Shown here: in pieces, positions 1-7,389 of the stretch | How positions within the stretch are numbered: position 1 is the first letter of the stretch | Layout: every line of letters starts with the position of its first letter | IMG/VR virus record: IMGVR_UViG_3300028024_000012 | Coordinates: 1 to 56,980 of that record | Length of the DNA stretch: 56,980 nt | Direction: 5' to 3' (one strand) | Source: a virus | Lineage: Duplodnaviria > Caudoviricetes | Program-made: the position numbers and the translations under genes | The notes under the pieces: generated by a model | What the model saw: the letters and a program-made list of their open reading frames with translations, nothing else | Told to the model about the DNA's origin: nothing | Database searches by the model: none

Positions 1-3
1 CCA

Positions 4-411
4 TCATGACATGTCTGTCGGACGATCCTGCGGATGAGATGCCGACACGGATTTAATGCGTGGCATCCAGCTCTCGCGCCTCGTCGTCCAGATTTCGTAA
101 GTCGGCTTGAATAAATCGGCCTGATCGAAGGCCCCAATCGGAATCTCAATCTCCGAGTTATCCCTGTCGCTTTCATAGACTGGCGCGCCGCAATCTTTGC
201 AACGATAGCGGCGCCCCTCGGCGGAGGTCGCATGCTCCGAAACGTTGCCACTCACCCTCACCGCATCGCGGGGATAAATCGCAAACATAGCAAAGGGAGA
301 GCCGGTGAATTTTCGGCAGGTGAAACAATGACAAATACCGACGCGATCAGGCGCTCCCATCGCCTCAAACCGGACTTGGCCGCATAAACAACTACCGGAG
401 AAAACGTCCAT
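4..411 (-). CDS. GFA (glutathione-dependent formaldehyde-activating / CENP-V) family protein, host side
   Basis: GSCLCG, CHCFTCRK and CKDCG Cys motifs; start set at MDVFSG. Confidence 0.85.
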   Translation of the reverse strand: MDVFSGSCLCGQVRFEAMGAPDRVGICHCFTCRKFTGSPFAMFAIYPRDAVRVSGNVSEHATSAEGRRYRCKDCGAPVYESDRDNSEIEIPIGAFDQADLFKPTYEIWTTRRESWMPRIKSVSASHPQDRPTDMS

Positions 412-637
412 ATCATTCTCCCTTGCTTGGCCGGGTCGGCTCCGCAAGGCCGCCTCTGCCCGCAGATCCTCAATGCCGGAACAATCGTATCAGAGCCTTT
501 TCCCTGCAGACTGTGACCTTGCCTGCCACGCAGCCTAGCGGCTTGCGCCAATGGACCCTGACAACCGGGGTTGGCACGCGGGAAAACCTCGACCTGTTCA
601 GTAAGTATTTAATTTTATGGAGAGAAATGAAAGTTAT

Positions 638-658
638 TGGCGGAGGGAGGGGGATTCG
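638..658 (+). repeat. Left att core (tggcggagggagggggattcg), duplicate of tRNA-Ser 3' end
   Basis: Exact match to 53683..53703. Confidence 0.95.
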
Positions 659-712
659 CTCAATACCCCCTGATGCAATGGTCCTTCAAATTGCTGCTTT
701 AAGCCGCGAAGG

Positions 713-784
713 GTGATGGTAGCAGCGGAGGGATTTGTTCAGTACCACCCGATTCCCAACTGGTCCATCCGCATCCGGTGTTGA
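713..784 (+). repeat. Second att-like / integrase C-terminal cassette (tRNA-Met-like 3' end)
   Basis: gtgatggtagcagcggagggatttgttcagtac parallels gtgatggcggagggagggggattcgctcaatac; encodes MVAAEGFVQYHPIPNWSIRIRC. Confidence 0.6.
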
Positions 785-898
785 TCTTATGCTGGCACGA
801 ACGCTATATCGAGCGGTTCTTCGCGGATGACTCTACTTGAAGGTGTATAATAGCGACACCAGATATGCCGGACACCAACTCAACCTGGAGAAACTACC

Positions 899-1150
899 AT
901 GTTTGACGATCCTAACGATCCACGGGTGATGCAGCATCAAATCCGGGAGCTGCATCAGCAGTCTATAAAGAGTGTCGCTAATAATGTAGCCCTGGCCTCG
1001 ATTCTTGCTGCTATCGCCACCAAACTCGATATCAGCATTGACGACGTCACCAAAGAAATGTCACGGGTTTATCCCAGTAGGCCGAACCAACCGATCGTGA
1101 CCGACGACGCCACGAAAATCGTCCAATTAATTTTGAATCGCGGACGTTAA
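899..1150 (+). CDS. Hypothetical moron protein (83 aa)
   Basis: GGAG RBS, TATAAT at 846..851, downstream hairpin, lower GC. Confidence 0.7.
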   Translation: MFDDPNDPRVMQHQIRELHQQSIKSVANNVALASILAAIATKLDISIDDVTKEMSRVYPSRPNQPIVTDDATKIVQLILNRGR

Positions 1151-1170
1151 CGCTGCAACTCTGAGGTTGC

Positions 1171-1194
1171 ATCCCGGCCCCGAAGGGCCGGGAT
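1171..1194. terminator. GC hairpin between convergent genes, probable terminator
   Basis: atcccggccc-cgaa-gggccgggat, 10-bp perfect stem; no clear U tract. Confidence 0.6.
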
Positions 1195-1211
1195 CTAAGT
1201 AGGACCTAATT

Positions 1212-1406
1212 CTATGCGTGCGACTCTACAAGTTGGAACTGCTCAGGGCAGTATCGCAGTTGCGTTAGGTCGCACTGCAGGGTCTGGGGAATGTCGCGGT
1301 ACTGCAAAACGACAAACTCGCCGGAGATTTCGATGATTGTGGCGGGGGTCCACCGCTTCGCGAGCTGCGAATAGACGTTCCAGATTTGGCCTACTTCGAT
1401 CAGCAT
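1212..1406 (-). CDS. Small hypothetical protein (64 aa, possibly SH3/Tudor-like beta fold)
   Basis: GGAGA RBS, protein-like composition. Confidence 0.6.
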   Translation of the reverse strand: MLIEVGQIWNVYSQLAKRWTPATIIEISGEFVVLQYRDIPQTLQCDLTQLRYCPEQFQLVESHA

Positions 1407-1527
1407 GGTGTTTCTCCATCGGTTGGGAATGTGCCGTCATCGCGACGGGACGATCTCAATATAAACCAGCAACATATTGTGCCAAAGCGGAAACAATGAG
1501 CCCCTATCTTGGGGTGCCATCTTGCAT

Positions 1528-1563
1528 TTGACTCTTATCTAAAAATGAGAACATTTAAGGAAC
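1528..1563 (+). promoter_or_regulatory. Promoter (-35 TTGACT) overlapped by an alphaproteobacterial LexA box
   Basis: GAAC-atttaag-GAAC at 1549..1563, 30 bp before ATG 1593. Confidence 0.75.
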
Positions 1564-1592
1564 ATGCGAGGTAAAGCCGGGAGGCCGACGCC

Positions 1593-2045
1593 ATGGCAAT
1601 CGAGCCGGAATTCTATGAATTTGCCAGTCATGAGATCGCCCGCCGCGGGGACCGCGCCCTGGGATTCGCCCGGGAGCAGCGCGACGCATGGCACCAGGGC
1701 CAGAGCGCCGAGGATCAGGCGCGACAGCTGGCTTTCTGGGACAAGGTTATCGCCGCGATCGAGGATCTGGAGCGCGCGACACCCAGCCCCGCCGTGCCGC
1801 CCTGCCTGCTCTGCGGATTCGTCGCGGAGAAAACGACGAGGCTGCCCGATGGTGGCATCGAGCAGTATTGCGCCGATTGCGGCTTGTTCCGGGTCGCCCA
1901 TCCGCTGGCTGGCGCCTGGGAAGCCGAACCCAAGGCCTGGCGCCTCGAGCCGGAAGTCGAGGCCTATCTCGACCGCTGCGCCGAGCGCGGCGAGATGCCC
2001 GTGCTGAGCGACTTCACCCTGCACCGCCTCAAAAGGAGTAGATAG
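1593..2045 (+). CDS. Hypothetical protein with CxxC...CxxC zinc ribbon, probably SOS-regulated
   Basis: GGAGG RBS; CLLC and CADC motifs. Confidence 0.75.
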   Translation: MAIEPEFYEFASHEIARRGDRALGFAREQRDAWHQGQSAEDQARQLAFWDKVIAAIEDLERATPSPAVPPCLLCGFVAEKTTRLPDGGIEQYCADCGLFRVAHPLAGAWEAEPKAWRLEPEVEAYLDRCAERGEMPVLSDFTLHRLKRSR

Positions 2046-2047
2046 CC

Positions 2048-2386
2048 ATGGATGAGGAAGCGACAGAACCGGTGCGTGACCTGCCCGTCCGGAACAGCCC
2101 CAGAAAGACGATCGAACTTGACCGCCTCACGCGCATCGATCCACAGGTCCTGAAGGACCTTGAATGGGACCTGGCGTTTGAATTGCAGAAGGTGCTGCGG
2201 CCGAGCGTGTTGCGGGAACTCACCAAGCGAGAACCCCAGGCGCCGCTCTGGGAGGAAAAATGGCCGAAGACGATCGCCGCGGCCCTGGTCGAGCGGATTC
2301 GGACGAGCAATTGGTACGTCACTAAGTTGCCACAAAGCCCATGGCACTCTGTTTCGCTCAATACGCGGGTTGATCGCGATGATTAG
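2048..2386 (+). CDS. Hypothetical protein (112 aa)
   Basis: AGGAG RBS, 2 bp after previous stop. Confidence 0.7.
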   Translation: MDEEATEPVRDLPVRNSPRKTIELDRLTRIDPQVLKDLEWDLAFELQKVLRPSVLRELTKREPQAPLWEEKWPKTIAAALVERIRTSNWYVTKLPQSPWHSVSLNTRVDRDD

Positions 2387-3039
2387 ACATCGCCATCCTT
2401 CTTCGCGCCGCGCGCCACGATCTTGAGCGCGCCATCCGGGAGCGGACGTTGCAGTTTCTTTGCTTCTTCCCACGGGGCCGCCATCCAGAGGTCGATTTCC
2501 TCGGGCAGGGTGAGGATGACGGGCATGGCCTTCGAATGGATGGCACCGACTTCCTTGTTCGGAGCGGACATCAAAAAGGCATAGAGGTTATTGGTGGTCT
2601 GGCCTTCCTTGACCTTGCGGACCGAGGTCCAGTTCGTCCAAAGGCCGGCAAAGAAGGCGAGAGGCCGCGTCTCATCCAACGCGAACCAGACCGGCGGCCT
2701 GGTGCTGTCGGGCAGCACCTCATTTTCGGCGAAGCTGGTGAAGGGCACCACGCAACGATGCTCGACCCCAAACCAACGCCGCCAATGTGCCGACTTCAAG
2801 TTGCGGATATTGGTGACACCCTTATCCGCGTTTTTGCCCACCAGGTATTTCGGCGGTGTCGGCATGCCCCAGCGGGCCATCGTCAGCTCGCGCCCGGCCG
2901 GCTGGTTGCGCACGATCGGCGCCGAATAATCGGGGAAGATGCCAGGCAGCGACGGCATATTGCCGGTGCGGTCGCTCATCGCGCGGGCGATGTCCAGGAT
3001 CGCTTTCTGGCCCTTGGTGATCGAATACAGATTGCACAT
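2383..3039 (-). CDS. SOS response-associated peptidase (SRAP/HMCES, YedK-like abasic-site protector)
   Basis: N-terminal MCN (catalytic Cys2), [27 protein letters not shown] motifs. Confidence 0.92.
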   Translation of the reverse strand: MCNLYSITKGQKAILDIARAMSDRTGNMPSLPGIFPDYSAPIVRNQPAGRELTMARWGMPTPPKYLVGKNADKGVTNIRNLKSAHWRRWFGVEHRCVVPFTSFAENEVLPDSTRPPVWFALDETRPLAFFAGLWTNWTSVRKVKEGQTTNNLYAFLMSAPNKEVGAIHSKAMPVILTLPEEIDLWMAAPWEEAKKLQRPLPDGALKIVARGAKKDGDV

Positions 3040-3071
3040 GGCACCCTCCCCGGACGGTCAGGATAGCCAGC

Positions 3072-3395
3072 ATGCGCGCTCCCGGCAAAGGCCCAATCGG
3101 CGGACGCCTGATCCTACGCCAAAAGGGCAAGATCGTGACGATCGGCCAGGCGGCCAGCCACTATCTCACCGCGATCTGCGGCAATTGCGAGCATTGGAAT
3201 GATGTGTCCCTTGACCGGCTGCGCGAAACCCATGGCGATCATTACCCGCTCACCGAGGTCTTCCGCCGGCTGAGATGCCGCCACTGCCGGCGGCAGGCAT
3301 ATGCTCTTGTGATAGACAGCTCTCGTCGGATGAAACGCTCGCGCGAGCCGCCAGCCGGCAACTTGGCAAAGTTCTGGTGGGAAGAGCGCTTTTGA
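3072..3395 (+). CDS. Hypothetical zinc-ribbon protein divergent from SRAP
   Basis: CGNC...LRCRHC; start uncertain. Confidence 0.6.
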   Translation: MRAPGKGPIGGRLILRQKGKIVTIGQAASHYLTAICGNCEHWNDVSLDRLRETHGDHYPLTEVFRRLRCRHCRRQAYALVIDSSRRMKRSREPPAGNLAKFWWEERF

Positions 3396-3399
3396 CGCG

Positions 3400-3948
3400 T
3401 CAATCCAGCTCGGAAAGGGCACCGCCGCTGCGCTTGACGTGACGATAGGGTTCCGAGACAGCCCGACGACTCTGCCAGTTGGCGAGATACTTTGCCGCCA
3501 GATCCGGGTTGCGGATCACCAGCAGGTTCTCCGCGTTCTTTTCCTGGGCCGCCTTGGTGAAATTGAAGCTGCCGGTGATGACGGTCTGGCCGTCGATCAC
3601 GATCACCTTGTTATGGGCGATCGCCACCTTGCTGTCGATCGTCACCGGCACGCCGGCATGCTGCAAATAGGTGGCACCAGTATATTTGGCGGTGGCCTGG
3701 CTCTTATCCAGGATGACCTGCACGTCGACGCCGCGGCGATAGGCATCGGCCAGGGCCTTGGCGATCGGCGCCGATGTGAAGCTATAGGCCTGCACCCGGA
3801 TCTGGTGCGACGCCCCGGCAATCGATTTCACAACCAGGTCGGTACAGTCACCGCCTGGCGTAAAGCAGACCGTTATGAGTGGCGCCGCTGTTGCCGGGGC
3901 GGCGACGGCCAGGAATAGGATAGCGAGGGTGATTCGGGCAAGACGCAT
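3400..3948 (-). CDS. Exported phospholipase D-family endonuclease (Nuc-like)
   Basis: Signal peptide; single HNKVIVID...GSFN (HKD) motif; NAEN. Confidence 0.9.
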   Translation of the reverse strand: MRLARITLAILFLAVAAPATAAPLITVCFTPGGDCTDLVVKSIAGASHQIRVQAYSFTSAPIAKALADAYRRGVDVQVILDKSQATAKYTGATYLQHAGVPVTIDSKVAIAHNKVIVIDGQTVITGSFNFTKAAQEKNAENLLVIRNPDLAAKYLANWQSRRAVSEPYRHVKRSGGALSELD

Positions 3949-4114
3949 GGCCGAGAATAGACCACAACTGAGCCCTGAGGAGGGAGGAGATTATTGCTGC
4001 GATGCGGCAAAAAAATTGATCGATAGCACCATTGTTTTTGATGGATCGTGCGCCCAGTTCCATTCTCGCACCCGCCGAAGAGCGGGTTATTTCTGGGACA
4101 TGGAAATTAGTATT

Positions 4115-4297
4115 ATGCCAGATGATAAGTCGAAAAGGGGCAAAGCTGATCGCGACAGAGTCAGCGCCAATGAGCCTTATGAAATCCGACGGGTCGCAAA
4201 AAGTGCCGACGTGTCGACGGAAAAAGCTCGCGAGGCCACCAAAGCGGCTGGCCCGATGAGGAAAAATATAATGAAGAAACTCGGTAAAAAGAAGTAG
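4115..4297 (+). CDS. DUF3606-like small protein
   Basis: MPDDKSKRGKADRDRVSANEPYE pattern. Confidence 0.7.
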   Translation: MPDDKSKRGKADRDRVSANEPYEIRRVAKSADVSTEKAREATKAAGPMRKNIMKKLGKKK

Positions 4298-4333
4298 CCG
4301 CAGTGCAGCTCGGCGTTTTGGGGGACGCCGAGC

Positions 4334-4771
4334 TTAGATCTGCATCAACAGCGAGATCCCGACCCCAATCAGGCAACCCAGACCGAACAGGCTGCCGGCG
4401 ACGAAAGCCGCCGCCTTATAGGCCCGCTGCTCATCGAGCCGCGCCCATTCCGAACCGACATTCTTCAGCCGGTGATACCAGCCTTCCTCACGCCAGGCGG
4501 CCAGCAGGCGGGACCAGCCCTCATCCGTCACCGGGACGGCACCGGCCGGCGCAGTTCCACCTGTGACCATCGCCACATAGGCCGGATCGGAGACCGTCTC
4601 CGGCCTGGTCAGGAGCAGCCGGCACCAGTGCTGATCCAGGAGCGCGTCGGTCCAGCCCCACCAGTTCTGGCGCCGATCGCGGTCCTGCTGATCCGAGGGA
4701 TGCAGCAGCGTTGTCAGCCAGGACCAGGCGCCGCCGGCGGCGACAACCGGAATCAGCATCTGTCGCTTCAT
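4334..4771 (-). CDS. Hypothetical membrane protein ending the late operon
   Basis: ATGA overlap with o-spanin; C-terminal hydrophobic helix. Confidence 0.6.
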   Translation of the reverse strand: MKRQMLIPVVAAGGAWSWLTTLLHPSDQQDRDRRQNWWGWTDALLDQHWCRLLLTRPETVSDPAYVAMVTGGTAPAGAVPVTDEGWSRLLAAWREEGWYHRLKNVGSEWARLDEQRAYKAAAFVAGSLFGLGCLIGVGISLLMQI

Positions 4772-5076
4772 GGCAGCGCGTCCTTTTGCGGATGGTTGGC
4801 GGTCGCAGCGTCATCGCGCCACTTCCTGATGCCTTCGATCTTGCTTCGGCAGTCATCCCCAGCCGACCAAAGATCGATCTTGTATTGGGCGTTATCGCCC
4901 TTCGTCGCGTTATCCGCCGGCGGCTCCGGATCGTCCTGGCAATGCAGGAATTCCTCTGGCGGGAACTGATATTGCACTTCCGTTTTGACGACTACGGGCG
5001 GCGGCGCGAAGATCCCGCAGCCGCTGATTGCCGTACAGCTCGACAGGATCAACAGCGTCCTGAGCACCCTTGACAT
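4768..5076 (-). CDS. o-spanin (Rz1-like lipoprotein)
   Basis: Lipobox ISGC, Pro-rich, overlaps 3' end of Rz-like gene. Confidence 0.75.
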   Translation of the reverse strand: MSRVLRTLLILSSCTAISGCGIFAPPPVVVKTEVQYQFPPEEFLHCQDDPEPPADNATKGDNAQYKIDLWSAGDDCRSKIEGIRKWRDDAATANHPQKDALP

Positions 5077-5419
5077 TTGCGATATCCCTTTTCACCTGAG
5101 ATGCCCTTACGGCCTTTTCCTGTGCATCAGCGATGGCCGCGGCCGTCACCTTGCGGTCGTATTCGGCCTGCCGGACTATGATGCGGATCGATCGCTGGGT
5201 TTCGGCGTTGGCGTCCACAACCACAGCCAGGCTCTTCTCTGCCGTTGCGACGCGCAGCTCGGCTGCCTCGAGGCGCGGGGCGACGATCAGCTTCCACATA
5301 CCGAATCCGGTACCGCCGGCTACTAGCCCGGCAACGATCACACAAGGAACCCAGACGGACGTGCCGCCGGAGAAGACGCCCGTAACAACGCCGAGACCTG
5401 TCTTGATGAAGCCGCTCAT
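4910..5419 (-). CDS. i-spanin (Rz-like)
   Basis: N-terminal TM helix then coiled coil; position in lysis cassette. Confidence 0.7.
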   Translation of the reverse strand: MSGFIKTGLGVVTGVFSGGTSVWVPCVIVAGLVAGGTGFGMWKLIVAPRLEAAELRVATAEKSLAVVVDANAETQRSIRIIVRQAEYDRKVTAAAIADAQEKAVRASQVKRDIANVKGAQDAVDPVELYGNQRLRDLRAAARSRQNGSAISVPARGIPALPGRSGAAGG

Positions 5420-5742
5420 GCCGCCACCCATTCGCCTTTGGTCAAGTAGCCATGCCATTCTCCGTCAGGACCGGTATTCTTGATGCTGGGTGTGATCGTC
5501 GGCGCATAGACATTCCCGTCCCACCGCCACCACTGGCTATCGGCGCTCTTGGTCACAACCAGTGCACCGCGACGGCCGTCCGGATCGTAGAAAGCGATGC
5601 GCAACTTTTCGCCATCGAGCACGGCGGCGGCATCCGCGAGCGGTTGATAGTCAATGTCCTGAAACTGCAAGCAGCCAGGCTGCGCGATATCGTCGATATC
5701 GATGCCGGCCTCGACGTGAATGCAGCGAAGCGTCCCGCTCAT
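5416..5742 (-). CDS. DUF6527-like protein
   Basis: WRWDGNVYAPTITPSI...WHGYLTKGEW motif; ATGA overlaps on both sides. Confidence 0.65.
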   Translation of the reverse strand: MSGTLRCIHVEAGIDIDDIAQPGCLQFQDIDYQPLADAAAVLDGEKLRIAFYDPDGRRGALVVTKSADSQWWRWDGNVYAPTITPSIKNTGPDGEWHGYLTKGEWVAA

Positions 5743-6323
5743 TGGCTCATCTCCTTCTGGTATCGGGCGATGCGATCGACATAGGTGATCGTTTCGACAG
5801 CGTTGCGGCCCGTCACCTGGGGGAGGCAAGCCTTGACCTGGGACCAGGCCAGGGCGTTGCCGCAGAGACGCGATGCCTTGCGGATATTGCCGGCGCCCGC
5901 ATTGTAGGAACCCTGCGCCAGGCGGTGCTTGTCGGGGTCGACGGCCGTCTTCCAGAACCTGCGCAGGCCCGCCATGTAGGAGGCGCCGACATCGATCGCG
6001 GCCGAGGGGTCGAGGACCGACCGGCCGGCATAACCGGCCTTCGGCGCCTCATCGGCCCAGGTCGGGTCCATGAACTGCGCCAGGCCCTTGGCGCCCGCCG
6101 GCGAGACGGCCAGCGGATCGAGCCTGGATTCCTGGCAGAGCTGCGCCTTCCAGCTGTAGAAGGCATCCCGCGCCGGGATATCCCGCCACCACCGCGCAAC
6201 GGCGGCGGCGATGCGGATATCGTAATCAGGCGAGGAGCAGGATGCCGAGGCCGATGATGCAGATGCCGATCCAGCGCAGGCCCAGATAAAGAGCGACAGC
6301 GCGATTGCCCTTAAGCATTTCAT
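5739..6323 (-). CDS. Endolysin, SLT-type lytic transglycosylase with N-terminal signal/SAR sequence
   Basis: QES, GAKGLAQFM, SYNAG motifs; start uncertain. Confidence 0.88.
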   Translation of the reverse strand: MKCLRAIALSLFIWACAGSASASSASASCSSPDYDIRIAAAVARWWRDIPARDAFYSWKAQLCQESRLDPLAVSPAGAKGLAQFMDPTWADEAPKAGYAGRSVLDPSAAIDVGASYMAGLRRFWKTAVDPDKHRLAQGSYNAGAGNIRKASRLCGNALAWSQVKACLPQVTGRNAVETITYVDRIARYQKEMSQ

Positions 6324-6549
6324 TCCACGAATCCTTGAAATTGATGCCTGCTCGACGGTCCAACCAGCGGGATTTCCAGACCAGGCCATAGACCACGATC
6401 ACCGCCAGCAGAAGCTTGACGATGTCGCGCTGCAGGTTGGCGTCGAGATAGCTGCCCACGTCACGCAGGATGAGGATGATCGCGGCGGCGACCAACAAGA
6501 ACAGCACAGGCGGCAGCGCCTTCAGCGCCGAGACGAGGTGTTTAAGCAT
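6226..6549 (-). CDS. Putative holin/antiholin (3 TM)
   Basis: Three hydrophobic helices, directly upstream of endolysin. Confidence 0.65.
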   Translation of the reverse strand: MLKHLVSALKALPPVLFLLVAAAIILILRDVGSYLDANLQRDIVKLLLAVIVVYGLVWKSRWLDRRAGINFKDSWNEMLKGNRAVALYLGLRWIGICIIGLGILLLA

Positions 6550-6550
6550 G

Positions 6551-6736
6551 TCACGATCCTTTGTCGGGAATCAGGGATTGCGGCGGACCCGGAATGAACC
6601 GCCGGATATCCTCGGTCAGTTGCCAGGCCTGGGCGGCCGGCAGGTTGAAGGTCTCTGGAAAGACGCCGTCATCGAAAGACAAGGCGACCCCCTCACCGGT
6701 CGGCTTCACCGACCAGGGCGCTTGCGTGATTCTCAT
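6551..6736 (-). CDS. Small hypothetical protein (61 aa)
   Basis: Fills gap in operon; MRITQAPWSVKP start. Confidence 0.5.
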   Translation of the reverse strand: MRITQAPWSVKPTGEGVALSFDDGVFPETFNLPAAQAWQLTEDIRRFIPGPPQSLIPDKGS

Positions 6737-6753
6737 GTGATTGTCCGGTAAGC

Positions 6754-7110
6754 CTACTTTTCGGCGACGCCGTAACGGTCGACCAGCCGCAGGATAATGG
6801 CCTCGATGCCGGCCGGCCCGAGATACGAGACCATGATGATGACGGCGATCGCGGCCTTGCCGTGCAGCGCGAAATAATCCGCGACGCCATCGGCGATGAA
6901 GCCGATCGCCAGGGCCGTCGGCACCTCCCAAAGCAGATGTGCCGACCAGAAGCTCCGTTGCCGTTTCTGGACCTGACGGATGTGATAGGTCATCCGGCCG
7001 ATCCAGGCCAACAGGAAGGTCAAGATGCCGCTCCAGAGCGCCTGCCGCAGATCAGGCGGCAACAATTGATCCATGCCATCGTCCCCCTCGATGCGGTTTT
7101 TGATATCCAC
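6754..7110 (-). CDS. Phage holin (LydA-like family)
   Basis: LLWEVPTALAIGFIA...VSYLGP pattern, 3 TM; start may be 7074. Confidence 0.75.
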   Translation of the reverse strand: MDIKNRIEGDDGMDQLLPPDLRQALWSGILTFLLAWIGRMTYHIRQVQKRQRSFWSAHLLWEVPTALAIGFIADGVADYFALHGKAAIAVIIMVSYLGPAGIEAIILRLVDRYGVAEK

Positions 7111-7116
7111 GCCACC

Positions 7117-7389
7117 CTATACGTCAGTTCGATCCGCAACAGCTGCGTCAATGACCGCCGCCGCATCGACCTGACCGAGATCAAGTGCACCGCTCTCGCT
7201 GATTTTCGTCGCGGCCCTCTGCGCAGCGATACCAAGCCGCACGAAGAACTCAGCGGCGACTTGCTCTGTAAACGTGACACCCGTCGATTTGCCATTTACC
7301 GTGGGCCGGTCAACCGCAATGCCCGCCCCATCGTTTCGATATTTTATCCGCATCGCAGATCCCATCATCAGTTGGTGGTTACGTCCCAT
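7117..7389 (-). CDS. Hypothetical protein
   Basis: Continuous with operon; start may be 7368/7365. Confidence 0.5.
   Translation of the reverse strand: MGRNHQLMMGSAMRIKYRNDGAGIAVDRPTVNGKSTGVTFTEQVAAEFFVRLGIAAQRAATKISESGALDLGQVDAAAVIDAAVADRTDV

Noticed and set aside
785-830. Possible third att/C-terminal cassette
   Set aside because: Lacks the GGATT T-arm remnant and the GF.QY...WS pattern.
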